DNA of 64,000 nucleotides from Patescibacteria group bacterium (GCA_043812155.1 JBDRMK010000011.1:16111-80110); one strand, 5' to 3'; counted from the stretch's first letter, positions 9,551 to 19,385 are shown. The notes: a model not told the origin generated them from the letters alone. A program made the numbers and translations.

Positions 9551-10735
9551 ATGTTCGATTTTAAAGAGTCGTTACAAAAAGAAATCGGCGAGATCAAGGC
9601 CAATAACCTTTATAAGCAGGAAAGGTTCATTGAAGGCCCCCAAGGAGCGGAGATAGAAGTGGGAGGCAAAAAGGTTTTGAACTTCTGCGCTAATAATTAT
9701 TTAGGGCTGGCGAATAATCCGAAAGTGGTTAAAGCCGCCGAAGCCGCTTTGAAAAAGTGGGGCTATGGCTTGTCCTCGGTCCGTTTTATCTGCGGCACCC
9801 AAACTATCCACAAAGAGCTGGAAAAGAAAATTTCGGAATTCTTAGGCACGGAAGACACGATTGTCTATGCTTCCTGCTTTGACGCCAACGGCGGGCTTTT
9901 TGAAACCATCCTTAAAGCCGATGACGCGGTCATTTCTGATGAATTAAACCATGCGAGCATTATTGACGGGGTCAGGCTCTGCAAAGCCCAGCGTTTTGTC
10001 TTCAAGCATATGGATTATCCGGATTTGGAAGCCAAGCTCAAAGAATGCCAAAATATGAGGCGCCGGCTGGTAGTGACGGATGGCGTATTCAGCATGGACG
10101 GCGACATCGCCGATTTAAAATCAATGGCCGACTTGTGTGATAAATATAAAGCCTTATTAGTGGTTGATGATTCCCATGCCACGGGTTTTACCGGCGAAAA
10201 CGGCAAAGGCACTCATGAGCATAATAACGTAATGGGCCAGGTGGATATTATAACTTCCACTTTAGGCAAGGCACTCGGAGGCGCCACCGGCGGTTTTACT
10301 TCCGGGAGAAAAGAAATCGTGGATTATCTGCGCCAGCGCTCCCGGCCTTATCTATTTTCCAATTCTTTGGCGCCGATGATCACGGCTACTTCCATTGCGG
10401 TGATTGATATGTTGAGCGAGAACAAACAGGCTTTAACGACCTTAAAAGAAAATACCGCCTATTACCGGGAGAAGATGACCGCCGCGGGTTTTGACATCCG
10501 TAAAGGCACCCATCCAATTTGTCCAGTCATGCTTTATGATGCCGGTTTGGCCCAGAATATGGCCAAGGAATTGCTAACCGAAGGCATATACGTCATTGGT
10601 TTCTTCTTTCCGGTTGTTCCTCAAGGCAAGGCCAGAATCCGCGTTCAGATTTCCGCCGCCCATACCAAGGCGCATTTGGACAAGGCGATTGAGGCGTTTA
10701 TCAAAGTGGGGAAGAAACTTGGCGCAATAAAATAA
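9551..10735 (+). CDS. kbl: Glycine C-acetyltransferase (2-amino-3-ketobutyrate CoA ligase)
   Basis: '[10 protein letters not shown]', 'SVRFICGTQ', '[11 protein letters not shown]', PLP lysine in 'TLGKALGG', '[11 protein letters not shown]'. Confidence 0.95.
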   Translation: MFDFKESLQKEIGEIKANNLYKQERFIEGPQGAEIEVGGKKVLNFCANNYLGLANNPKVVKAAEAALKKWGYGLSSVRFICGTQTIHKELEKKISEFLGTEDTIVYASCFDANGGLFETILKADDAVISDELNHASIIDGVRLCKAQRFVFKHMDYPDLEAKLKECQNMRRRLVVTDGVFSMDGDIADLKSMADLCDKYKALLVVDDSHATGFTGENGKGTHEHNNVMGQVDIITSTLGKALGGATGGFTSGRKEIVDYLRQRSRPYLFSNSLAPMITATSIAVIDMLSENKQALTTLKENTAYYREKMTAAGFDIRKGTHPICPVMLYDAGLAQNMAKELLTEGIYVIGFFFPVVPQGKARIRVQISAAHTKAHLDKAIEAFIKVGKKLGAIK

Positions 10736-11223
10736 TGATAAAATTTCTCATTACCGGCGGCACGATTGATGATTTGGAATATCAGTCTTTGAAAGACGAG
10801 CCAAAATATCACAATAGTCTAATTCCGGAGGTTTTGAAAAAAAATCATCCGGACTTAGATTACGTAGTTGATATTATCATGCAGAAAGACAGCAAATTTT
10901 TTGCGGAAAAAGATCGGCAATTAGTTGCCCGCAAATGTTTAGAGGCGAAAGAAGATAAAATAATTATTACCCATGGTACGGCCACGATGGTGAAAACAGC
11001 GGAATATCTTGGAAATCAGAGGATTAATAAGACTATAGTTTTAGTGGGAGCTTTTATCCCGGTTAATAAAGAAGGGACAGATGCTTTGTTAAATCTGAAA
11101 ACAGCGATTAAGGGAGCGCAGAAATTAACAAACGGCGTTTATGTGGCTATGAATGGCCAAATATTTAACTGGAATAACGTCAGAAAAAATCCGGAGAAAA
11201 GGGTATTTGAAACCATAAAATAA
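10735..11223 (+). CDS. Short asparaginase N-terminal-domain protein
   Basis: 'ITGGTI', 'ITHGTATM', 'GVYVAMNG', 'VRKN'; 162 aa. Confidence 0.82.
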   Translation: MIKFLITGGTIDDLEYQSLKDEPKYHNSLIPEVLKKNHPDLDYVVDIIMQKDSKFFAEKDRQLVARKCLEAKEDKIIITHGTATMVKTAEYLGNQRINKTIVLVGAFIPVNKEGTDALLNLKTAIKGAQKLTNGVYVAMNGQIFNWNNVRKNPEKRVFETIK

Positions 11224-11275
11224 AGGGATTGCCGTGTTTATTAAAGTGGGGAAGAAGCTGGGAGCGATTAAGTAG
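11222..11275 (+). pseudogene. Stranded copy of a diverged kbl 3' end
   Basis: Translates [17 protein letters not shown] versus kbl [17 protein letters not shown]; the last 13 codons differ only at third positions. Confidence 0.85.
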
Positions 11276-11278
11276 ATT

Positions 11279-11440
11279 AAATCCTAAATCCGAAATCCGA
11301 ATTTCTAAACAAATAATAAATTCCAAATCCTAAATCATAAACTGGTTTGGGGAATTGGAATTTTGAGCTTCTCCTTCAGAGGCGGATCCGCCTTGGGCGG
11401 AGAATTAGTTTAGGATTTAGATATTTGTGCTTCGAATTTA
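11279..11440. repeat. Heptad-periodic long inverted-repeat element with a nested 28-nt GC palindrome
   Basis: C/A arm 'aaatcctaaatccgaaatccgaatttctaaac', G/T arm 'gtttaggatttagatatttgtgcttcgaattt'; insert CAGAGGCGGATCCGCCTTGGGCGGAGAA at 11377-11404. Confidence 0.75.
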
Positions 11441-11479
11441 AAAGCCGTTCGGCAAAACCCGGGCGGTTTTGGGCAAAAG

Positions 11480-11508
11480 AAAAAAGGGAGAGTTTTAAGT
11501 CCTCTCCC
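11480..11508 (-). terminator. Intrinsic terminator
   Basis: Minus strand reads GGGAGAG-loop-CTCTCCC followed by TTTTTT. Confidence 0.65.
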
Positions 11509-11695
11509 TAGCGCGACAGAATACTTTCCAGGCCGAGCAGATATATTATTTATGTCAACGCGTTAAAAAATTTAGTAGTTTACTTTAAGTGTTAAGCATG
11601 TGTTGGAGGTCTCCGCCTACGCTCTTCATTTTATTCAGAGCTTCGGCGGACAGGCGGGGGAAAATTTAGCAGATAAAATAAGTTTTCAGAAAAAC

Positions 11696-11811
11696 GCGGG
11701 GGTCCGGGGGTTTTGCTTCGAGCTTCCGTAAGGGCCTTAAGTATTTACTATAGACTTCCTTGGGCGAGTCAAAACCCCCGGAACTTTTGCAACTTTTGGT
11801 TACAAAAGTTG
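11696..11811. repeat. Palindromic MITE/REP-like element
   Basis: 13-bp stem TCCGGGGGTTTTG/CAAAACCCCCGGA followed by CAACTTTTG-GTTA-CAAAAGTTG. Confidence 0.65.
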
Positions 11812-11861
11812 AAATACATCGGTACAGACAAAAAATAGAGTAGGGGATAATCAAAAAAGAC

Positions 11862-11909
11862 TGTCTACCCTTCGAGGCTCCGGCTTCGCCTCCGCACCTC
11901 AGGGTGACA
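11862..11909 (-). repeat. TGTCACCCTGAGG...CCTCGAAGGG palindromic repeat
   Basis: Reverse complement matches 40637-40670. Confidence 0.75.
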
Positions 11910-11920
11910 GTTAGGTAAAA

Positions 11921-11991
11921 ATCGAGTTTTGAGTTTAAATATTTGAACTTTGAATTTGTTTTGGATTTAGGATTTAGTGCTTTGGATTTTC
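11921..11991. repeat. G/T arm of a heptad-periodic element
   Basis: 'tttgaatttgttttggatttaggatttagtgctttggatttt' closely matches 36821-36861. Confidence 0.7.
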
Positions 11992-12043
11992 TGATAACAA
12001 AAGATCCCCTTTATTTAGGGAATCTCTTTGTCTATATATAAAA

Positions 12044-12994
12044 TTACCCCAATTTTTTCTTTAATTCAGTAATCATAACATTCGTCATCTTGGCCAAGTC
12101 ATATTCGTGCTGCCAGCCCCAGTCAGACCTGGCGGCAGAGTCGTCAATTGATTTCGGCCAGGAATCGGCGATCGCTTGCCGGAAATCCGGCTCGTAAGTG
12201 ACTTTAAAATCAGGATAGTGTTTTTTAATTTCCTCATAAACTTCCTTAGGCGTGAAACTGATCGCGGCCAGGTTGTAGCTGGTTCTTTCCTTGATATTTT
12301 CCTTTGGCGCTTCCATCAGGTCAATCGTGGCTTTGACCGCATCATCCATGTACATCATAGGCAGCCTTGAGTCTTCTTTAAGAAAGCACTGGTAATCATT
12401 TCCTTTGACCGCTTCGTAATAAATAGCGACCGCGTAATCCGTGGTGCCGCCGCCGGGTTCGGTTTTCCAGGAAATGATGCCGGGATATCTTAAACTGCGG
12501 ACATCCAGCCCCTTTTTTAGAAAATAATACTGGCAGAGAAGCTCGCCCGCCACTTTATTTACCCCATACATAGTTGTTGGCTCTAAAATGGTTTTTTGCG
12601 GCGTATTGTCGCGGGGAGTGGTCGGACCGAAAGCGGCGATTGAGGAAGGCCAGAAAAGTTTTTCAATCTTATTTTTTTCCGCCAGATCCAGAACGTTCTT
12701 CAAACCTTCAACATTGACCTTCCAGGCCAATTCCGGATTCTGCTCGCCTTTGGCGGATAGAATGCCGGCTAAGTGATAAATAACATTTATATTTTCCTCA
12801 TTGATTATTCTGGCTATGGCTTCGCGGTCAGTGGCGTCTAAAACCATATTTTGCCCGCCGGGGAAAAGACGATCCAACAAGGTCTCGTTAAGGTCAGAGG
12901 CGATGATATTTTCTTGGCCGAATTTTTTTTGCAAAGTGGGCACTAATTCAGAGCCGATCTGGCCGGCGGCGCCGGTAACGAGAATTTTTTTCAT
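12044..12994 (-). CDS. tdh: L-threonine 3-dehydrogenase, SDR/epimerase type
   Basis: 'GAAGQIGSEL', 'LSAKGE', 'PSSIAAFG', 'PTTMYGVNK', 'PGGGTTDYAV', 'RQAIADSWP'; close to kbl. Confidence 0.9.
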   Translation of the reverse strand: MKKILVTGAAGQIGSELVPTLQKKFGQENIIASDLNETLLDRLFPGGQNMVLDATDREAIARIINEENINVIYHLAGILSAKGEQNPELAWKVNVEGLKNVLDLAEKNKIEKLFWPSSIAAFGPTTPRDNTPQKTILEPTTMYGVNKVAGELLCQYYFLKKGLDVRSLRYPGIISWKTEPGGGTTDYAVAIYYEAVKGNDYQCFLKEDSRLPMMYMDDAVKATIDLMEAPKENIKERTSYNLAAISFTPKEVYEEIKKHYPDFKVTYEPDFRQAIADSWPKSIDDSAARSDWGWQHEYDLAKMTNVMITELKKKLG

Positions 12995-13059
12995 AGTTTT
13001 TTATTAACGATATTAACCTTGTTATTATAGCAATAATATATTCATTTTTCAATGATATA

Positions 13060-13088
13060 TTGACTTATCAGGCCTTATAAAATAGAAT
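13060..13088 (+). promoter_or_regulatory. Sigma70 promoter for the rmlA-like gene
   Basis: TTGACT-17 bp-TAGAAT. Confidence 0.6.
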
Positions 13089-13121
13089 TACTAAGTAATA
13101 ATAATTTCACAAAAAAAACAT

Positions 13122-13844
13122 ATGAAAGGCGTTATTTTAGCCGGAGGGACAGGCTCAAGGCTTAATCCTTTAACCAAAGTCACAAACAAGCATTTATTGC
13201 CGGTTTATAACCAGCCGATGATTTACTATCCTTTAAAGACTTTAAGCGAAGCCGGCTTGAACGAAATAATGATCGTCTCCGGACCGGGGCACGCCGGACA
13301 TTTTTTAAATCTCCTGGGTTCCGGCCGGGAATTCGGGGTCAAGCTTACCTATGAAATTCAGGAAGAAGCCGGGGGCATTGCCCAGGCTTTAAGGCTCGCC
13401 CAGGATTTCGCGGATAACGAAAAAATCGCCGTGATCTTAGGGGATAATATTTTTGAAGATAAATTTGCCGCGGAAATAAAAGGTTTCACCGAAGGGGACG
13501 GGGGAGCGATGGTTTTTTTGAAAGAAGTAAGCGATCCGGAAAGATTTGGCGTGGCCACCATTCAAGGGAATAAGATCATAAAAATTGTGGAGAAACCAAA
13601 AACTCCGGAAAGCCGTTATGCGGTCACTGGCCTTTATCTCTATGATAATGAAGTGTTTAAGGTGATCAAAACTTTAAAACCCTCGGCCCGGGGGGAGCTG
13701 GAAATAACGGATGTGAATAATTATTACATTAATAACGGCTTGATGAAATACACTATCGTCCAGAATTCCTGGACGGACGCGGGGACTTTTGATTCGTTGC
13801 AACGGGCGACAAATTTAGTGGCGGAACGGGAAAAACAAAAATAG
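13122..13844 (+). CDS. rmlA: Glucose-1-phosphate thymidylyltransferase (short RmlA/SpsI type)
   Basis: 'GVILAGGTGSRL', 'KHLLPVY', 'LGDNIF', 'EKP', 'SARGELEITD', 'WTDAGT'. Confidence 0.92.
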   Translation: MKGVILAGGTGSRLNPLTKVTNKHLLPVYNQPMIYYPLKTLSEAGLNEIMIVSGPGHAGHFLNLLGSGREFGVKLTYEIQEEAGGIAQALRLAQDFADNEKIAVILGDNIFEDKFAAEIKGFTEGDGGAMVFLKEVSDPERFGVATIQGNKIIKIVEKPKTPESRYAVTGLYLYDNEVFKVIKTLKPSARGELEITDVNNYYINNGLMKYTIVQNSWTDAGTFDSLQRATNLVAEREKQK

Positions 13845-13848
13845 AATA

Positions 13849-15180
13849 TTACAGGATAATCAAATTAATTAGGTCGTCAGATTTATTCTGGCCGTTTTGT
13901 ATTAATAAAGTGATCTCTTTGGCTGAAGGAAGATTTAGTATTTCGGCTTTTTCCGAGTAGAGCAAATTACTATTAATCGTTCCTCTTAGGTCGCATTCAA
14001 TGGCTTTGATAGATTGGTCAGAATTATATATTATATATTCGCTGTTGGGATACCAATAAACTTGGTCAATATTTTTACTTTGGCGGGTGATTAAATTTTC
14101 CTCATCCTTGGTCAGATCATAGGTAAAAATTTCATGCTCATTATTGTAGAGCAGTTTTTTTTGGTTTGGCGAAAGAAGAGACTGACTGATCGCGTGATTA
14201 AAGCAAGTATTTTGATTTTCCTGATTGACCGAAAAAATGCAAAAAGATTGGTTGTCTTTGACGATGAATAGATTCTCGCTTTCCAGGGTTAAAAAATTGT
14301 GGGTGATGTCATTGTATATATTTATGAATCGTTCTTCATTTTTTGCCAAATCCAGCCGGATTAGTTCGGTCGTTTTTTCTTCCGATGTAAGGTAATAGAG
14401 ATAATTATTTTTAACAATAAAATCACGGGCTGGTTTTTGGTTAAGGGCCTGGATTTTTTTATTATAGGGATCGATCCGGTAAATTAAGTCACCCGAAAGC
14501 CCGTATATATTGGAATGACTGACTATCAAATTATTAAAAATTTGGATGGTGAAAGAAGAAAATTTTGTCTTAACGCCTTTAATAAGATCGAAAAGCATTA
14601 AGTCATTTTTCCCCTGTTCTAAAATCCTAGCTACCAAAAATTTATTTTCACCCCAATTTAGGTCAATAATTTCCTCTTCGATATTTTCCTCGATGATTTT
14701 TATTGTTTTGTTTACAGGGTTTATTATTTTTAATGATTTTATGCCATTGCTTTCGGTAATAACCGCTATTTGTGAAGATGAAGTCGAGCTTTTAGCGAAA
14801 AGTATTTTTTCTGATATTAATAAATCTTTTTTAGGGTTATTTTTAAAAAGAACCACTTGGTCGGCAAAAGTCGTGTAATGGGCGAAAATATTCAGTTTTT
14901 TTTGCCAAGACTGGTAGCCTGTTTTTTTTAAAGTTAACAAATATTCCCCCGGTTTTAGGTTGGACAGGCGGGTCGGCGTCCTTTTTTTAGTCAGTAATCC
15001 GTCAAGATAGATATCAGCGTTTTCCGGCTTTGAGGAAACGTAAAAAAGTCCTGTTTTTACGATTTTACGCTCAAAAAGCTTAAAATTATAGCCTAAGGCC
15101 CGAAAAATGATCAGCGGGCCGGCCACCAAAAATATGAGGATAAGGCTTAAGTAGAAGAGGCGACGTTTTTTCGGGCTCAT
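13849..15180 (-). CDS. PEGA-domain membrane-anchored protein with a probable beta-propeller
   Basis: TM helix, then a PEGA-like segment 'SSKPENADIYLDG...TP...LKPGEYLLTLKKTGYQSW' and repeated beta motifs. Confidence 0.85.
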   Translation of the reverse strand: MSPKKRRLFYLSLILIFLVAGPLIIFRALGYNFKLFERKIVKTGLFYVSSKPENADIYLDGLLTKKRTPTRLSNLKPGEYLLTLKKTGYQSWQKKLNIFAHYTTFADQVVLFKNNPKKDLLISEKILFAKSSTSSSQIAVITESNGIKSLKIINPVNKTIKIIEENIEEEIIDLNWGENKFLVARILEQGKNDLMLFDLIKGVKTKFSSFTIQIFNNLIVSHSNIYGLSGDLIYRIDPYNKKIQALNQKPARDFIVKNNYLYYLTSEEKTTELIRLDLAKNEERFINIYNDITHNFLTLESENLFIVKDNQSFCIFSVNQENQNTCFNHAISQSLLSPNQKKLLYNNEHEIFTYDLTKDEENLITRQSKNIDQVYWYPNSEYIIYNSDQSIKAIECDLRGTINSNLLYSEKAEILNLPSAKEITLLIQNGQNKSDDLINLIIL

Positions 15181-15320
15181 TTTGACTTTATATTATTTTT
15201 CCGATAAACTAGATGTTATTAGTCCCCTTAATCCCATATGAGCAATATGGGGACACCGCTGTTATTTTAACAGAAATAAGAGAACGGGCAAGTAATGGTC
15301 GGGCAAAAATAATATCATAT

Positions 15321-16577
15321 ATGCCGGAAATTTATAAAAAAAATTCATCGCCAAAAGTCGTTTACGGCATTATTCTGATAGTGGCCGTGATTTTTGGTTT
15401 TTTCGGCGGGGTATATTTTGGTTTAAAGATTAATAATCAAGCTGACACTAACGCCAGTTTGCAGACGGTGATTTCCCAGTTAAGCGGTCAAAACACGGGC
15501 ATAGATTTTTCTTTGTTTAAAAAGGTTTGGGATGATGTGCGGACTTTTTATATCAGACAGCCGGTGGATGAGAAGAAACTGTTTTACGGGGCCCTGACCG
15601 GGTTGGTGGCTTCCTTAGATGATCCCTATTCTAATTTTTTAGATCCGGAAACGACCAAGGCTTTTAACAGCGAATTTTCCGGCAGTTTTGAAGGCATCGG
15701 AGCGGAGATCGGGATTAAAAACGATCAGCTTGTGATTATTGCCCCCCTGCCTGGCTCTCCCGCCGAAAAAGCGGGATTAAAATCAAAAGACCAGATTTTA
15801 CAAATTGACGGCCAAGAAACGAACAGTTTTTCCCTTGATTACGCCACTTCGTTGATCCGGGGAAAAAAAGGAACGGAAGTTACGCTCCTGATTTTATCCG
15901 AAGGTGACACGGAGGCCAGGGAGGTGGCCATTACGCGGGACGAAATAAAAGTGAATAGCGTGCGTCAATCGGTAAAAAACGCCGGAGAAAATGGCCGCTA
16001 TAAATTAGGTTATATTGAGTTGATGACTTTTGGCGATGACACGGAAAAAGAATTCAAAAATGCGGCTAATCTATTGGTTGGCCAAGGCATTAATGGTATA
16101 ATATTAGATCTAAGAAATAATTCCGGCGGATATTTGGAAACGGCCGTTACGGTCGCCTCCCAATTTATTGATAAAGGAGCGATAGTCAATGAAGAATTTT
16201 CCGATCAAACTAAAAAATCATACGAGGCCCAAGGTTTCGCTCCGCTGGCTGATTACCCGGTGGTCGTTCTTATCAATGGAGGGACGGCTTCCGCCGCCGA
16301 AATTGTGGCGGGGGCGTTAAGAGATTATGAAAAAGCGGTCTTGGTGGGGGAAACATCTTTTGGTAAGGGTTCTGTCCAGGAATACCAGCAATTATCCGAC
16401 GGCTCTTCCCTAAAAATTACGACGGCCAAATGGCTGACGCCTAAAGGTCAGTCATTGAACGAAGAAGGCATTGAGCCGGATTATGCGGTCGAATTAAGCG
16501 CGGATGATTTTAATAACGACAAAGATCCTCAACTGGATAAAGCGCTGGAGATTCTGGCGGACAAGCTGAATAAATAA
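15321..16577 (+). CDS. ctpA: Carboxyl-terminal processing protease, S41A family
   Basis: 'LDDPYS', PDZ 'FEGIGA', 'LDLRNNSGG', 'TASAAEI', 'SFGKGSVQ'; start moved to the MPEIY Met. Confidence 0.93.
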   Translation: MPEIYKKNSSPKVVYGIILIVAVIFGFFGGVYFGLKINNQADTNASLQTVISQLSGQNTGIDFSLFKKVWDDVRTFYIRQPVDEKKLFYGALTGLVASLDDPYSNFLDPETTKAFNSEFSGSFEGIGAEIGIKNDQLVIIAPLPGSPAEKAGLKSKDQILQIDGQETNSFSLDYATSLIRGKKGTEVTLLILSEGDTEAREVAITRDEIKVNSVRQSVKNAGENGRYKLGYIELMTFGDDTEKEFKNAANLLVGQGINGIILDLRNNSGGYLETAVTVASQFIDKGAIVNEEFSDQTKKSYEAQGFAPLADYPVVVLINGGTASAAEIVAGALRDYEKAVLVGETSFGKGSVQEYQQLSDGSSLKITTAKWLTPKGQSLNEEGIEPDYAVELSADDFNNDKDPQLDKALEILADKLNK

Positions 16578-16581
16578 TTTT

Positions 16582-16857
16582 ATGGCGTTAAGAGCGGACA
16601 TTATTCTTAAAGGAAGGGTCCAAGGGGTGAATTTGCGGGCGATGATAAAAATAATGGCTTTAAGCTTGAATCTCAAGGGTTATGTAAAAAATGAGGATAA
16701 CGGCACAGTCCATATAGTTATCGAAGGCGGGAAAGACGACATTGATTCCTTTTTCCGCTTGTTAAAGAATTACCGAGGCCCCGGGAAAGTAGAAGAAATA
16801 AATGATAATTGGTCAGAAGAACAGCCGGAATTTAGTGATTTTACTATTAAATATTAA
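16582..16857 (+). CDS. acyP: Acylphosphatase
   Basis: 'GRVQGVNLR', 'GYVKN..GTV'. Confidence 0.9.
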   Translation: MALRADIILKGRVQGVNLRAMIKIMALSLNLKGYVKNEDNGTVHIVIEGGKDDIDSFFRLLKNYRGPGKVEEINDNWSEEQPEFSDFTIKY

Positions 16858-16866
16858 TATTTAATT

Positions 16867-17313
16867 ATGAAAGTAATACTCCTAAAAAATATCGATAAGA
16901 TCGGGGATCAGGGGGAGATTAAGGAGGTTTCTTCAGGCTTTGCCAGAAATTTTTTATTAGCCAAAGGCTGGGCGGAAAAAGCGACCCCGGAGAAAATTGA
17001 TTTGGCCAAAGCCAGGGCTAAAAAACAGGATGTTAGAAAAGAACACCGGGATAAAAAACAAAGTGAAGTGATCCGAAAACTTAAAGAAAAGCCCCTTGTA
17101 TTTTTAAAGAAAGCCAATGAAGCCGGCCATCTTTTCGCCGGTTTGCATGAAAATGAGATACTTGATAAAATTAAGCAAGAGACAGGTGTTAGCTTGAAAA
17201 AAGAAAATATAAAGATTTCGGAAAGTTTGAAAAAATTGGGAAAAGCCTCCATTAAGATCATCCTTGCCAAAGATACCAGCTTTGACTTGTCTATAAATAT
17301 TGAAAAAGAATGA
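16867..17313 (+). CDS. rplI: 50S ribosomal protein L9
   Basis: 'MKVILL...G..GEIKEVSSGFARNFLL' and 'GHLFA'. Confidence 0.93.
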   Translation: MKVILLKNIDKIGDQGEIKEVSSGFARNFLLAKGWAEKATPEKIDLAKARAKKQDVRKEHRDKKQSEVIRKLKEKPLVFLKKANEAGHLFAGLHENEILDKIKQETGVSLKKENIKISESLKKLGKASIKIILAKDTSFDLSINIEKE

Positions 17314-18942
17314 AAAAAAAAGTCAGTAAAATTCATTTTTGTGATGGGAGGAGTCCTTTCCGGGCTAGGGAAAGGGATCGCGGTTTCCTCCATTGCCATG
17401 CTTTTAAAAAGCAAAGGCTACAAAACTACCGCCATAAAAATTGACCCTTATGTTAACGTTGATGCCGGCACCATGAATCCGACCGAGCATGGCGAGGTTT
17501 TTGTGACCAAAGACGGCCTGGAGACCGATCAGGACCTGGGCAATTACGAGCGTTTTATCGGAGAAGAGCTGACAAGGGCCAATTACATGACGACCGGTTC
17601 GGTTTATCTTTCGGTTATCCAGCGGGAAAGGAATTTAGGCTATAACGGAAAATGCGTGGAGGTAGTGCCTCATATCCCTGATGAAGTGGTTCGCCGGATC
17701 ATGGTCTTGGCCCGGCAGTCAAAAGCCGAGATAATTCTGATCGAGATCGGGGGAACGGTCGGCGAATACCAGAATATATTATTTTTGGAGGCGGGCCGGA
17801 TGCTGCAACTGCGTTATCCCGGCTGCGTTCAGTTCGTTCTGGTCAGTTATTTGCCGATCCCGAATAAGATCGGTGAAATGAAAACAAAACCGACCCAATA
17901 CGCGGTCAGGACCTTGAATGCTTCCGGAATTCAGCCGGATTTTATTTTATGCCGGGCGGAAAAACCCCTGGATCAGCCGCGCAAGGAAAAGATTTCCTAT
18001 AACTGCAGCATGAAGCCGGATGATATTATCTCGGCGACGGACGTGGATTCCATTTACGAAGTGCCCTTGAATTTTGAAAAAGAGAAATTAGCCAATAAAA
18101 TTTTAAAAAAATTCAGCCTGAAGGAAAAAACAAGCGATCTTAAAGAGTGGAAAAAAATGTTTTACCGGTCAAAAAACGCCAAAAAGACCGTAAAAATCGG
18201 GATTGTCGGCAAATATTTCGGCATCGGCAGTTTTGTCCTGGCGGATTCCTATATTTCAGTGATCGAGGCCTTAAGGCATGGCGCCTGGCAAAACCAGGCC
18301 CGGCCGGTTTTATCCTGGATTAACGCCGAAGAATTCGAAAAAAATCCGGAAAAAATAAAAGAGCTTAAAGACTATGACGGTATTGTCGTTCCCCAGGGCT
18401 GGGGCGGCCGGGGGTCGGAAGGCAAGATCAGGGCGATCAAATTCGTTCGGGAGAATAAAATTCCCTATTTAGGCCTGTGCTACGGGATGCAGATGGCGGT
18501 GATTGAGTTCGCCCGCGGGGTGGCCAAATTGAAAAAAGCCAATTCATTGGAAGTCGATCCTAAAACCCCTTATCCCGTTATTCATATCATGCCTGACCAG
18601 GCGGAATATTTAAAGAAAAAACAATACGGCGGCACGATCCGTCTGGGCAACTGGCCTTGCAAGCTGGTTTCCGGCACTAAAGTTTCCCAAGCTTATCAGG
18701 GCCAAAGAATAGTTTCGGAAAGGCACCGCCACCGCTACGAGTTTAATAACGTTTATCGCCAGAAATTCGAAAAATTAGGCTTGATCATTTCCGGGACTTC
18801 TCCGGACGGCAAGCTGGTGGAGGCGGTAGAATTGAAAAACCATCCTTTCTTCGTGGGCGTGCAGTTTCATCCGGAGTATAAATCCACGCCTTTAAATCCC
18901 CACCCACTTTTTCAGGCATTTGTTAAAGCTTGTTTAAAATAA
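17310..18942 (+). CDS. pyrG: CTP synthase; the probable true ATG (17310) is out of frame by one base in an A9 tract
   Basis: 'GGVLSGLGKG', 'KIDPYVNVDAGTMNP', 'KTKPTQ', 'GLCYGMQ', 'RHRHRYE', 'QFHPE'. The conserved 'KFIFV' strand lies upstream of the GTG at 17341. Confidence 0.93.
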
Positions 18943-18987
18943 AATCACCCCAAATATTTATCAAGGGTTATAGATGGGTGATTTTTT
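18941..18987. terminator. Probable bidirectional terminator between convergent pyrG and rpmA
   Basis: AAAATCACCC...GGGTGATTTT inverted repeat with a large loop. Confidence 0.5.
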
Positions 18988-18994
18988 CGTTTGG

Positions 18995-19273
18995 TCAGTC
19001 AGGAATTACGGAAACTAATTTTACGGCCTCTAATTTTCCGTTGAATTTTTTCAGTTTCTTTTTCGTAAAAGCGACTTTTCCCGTTACTTTTGCGTAAAGC
19101 GAATCATCATTTGCCCGGGCGACGTTCTTGCCCGGCCTGAATTTTGTGCCGCGTTGGCGGATGATAATATTTCCCGGGGAAGCTTTGGCGCCGTCATGAA
19201 TCTTTACGCCCAGTCTTTGGCCGGCGGAATCCCGGCCTAAGGCGGTTGAGCCGCCCGCTTTCTTATGAGCCAT
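18995..19273 (-). CDS. rpmA: 50S ribosomal protein L27
   Basis: '[14 protein letters not shown]...RLGVK', 'IIIRQRGTK'. Confidence 0.98.
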   Translation of the reverse strand: MAHKKAGGSTALGRDSAGQRLGVKIHDGAKASPGNIIIRQRGTKFRPGKNVARANDDSLYAKVTGKVAFTKKKLKKFNGKLEAVKLVSVIPD

Positions 19274-19305
19274 ATTTTAGTAAATTAATTAATTGATTTT
19301 TCTTC

Positions 19306-19356
19306 ATTCTAAAGCATTATGGACTTATTGTCAAGATTGGTTATTTTATCTATAAT
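19306..19356. promoter_or_regulatory. Divergent sigma70 promoters with overlapping -35 boxes (rpmA / iscS)
   Basis: Plus strand TTGTCA-17-TATAAT (19328-19356); minus strand TTGACA-17-TAGAAT (19334-19306). Confidence 0.65.
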
Positions 19357-19385
19357 TAATCCGCTTATCATCATTATTATTAATT

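Noticed and set aside
11666-11854. 62-aa minus-strand ORF
   Set aside because: It lies across palindromic repeats, with no recognisable motif or initiation signal.
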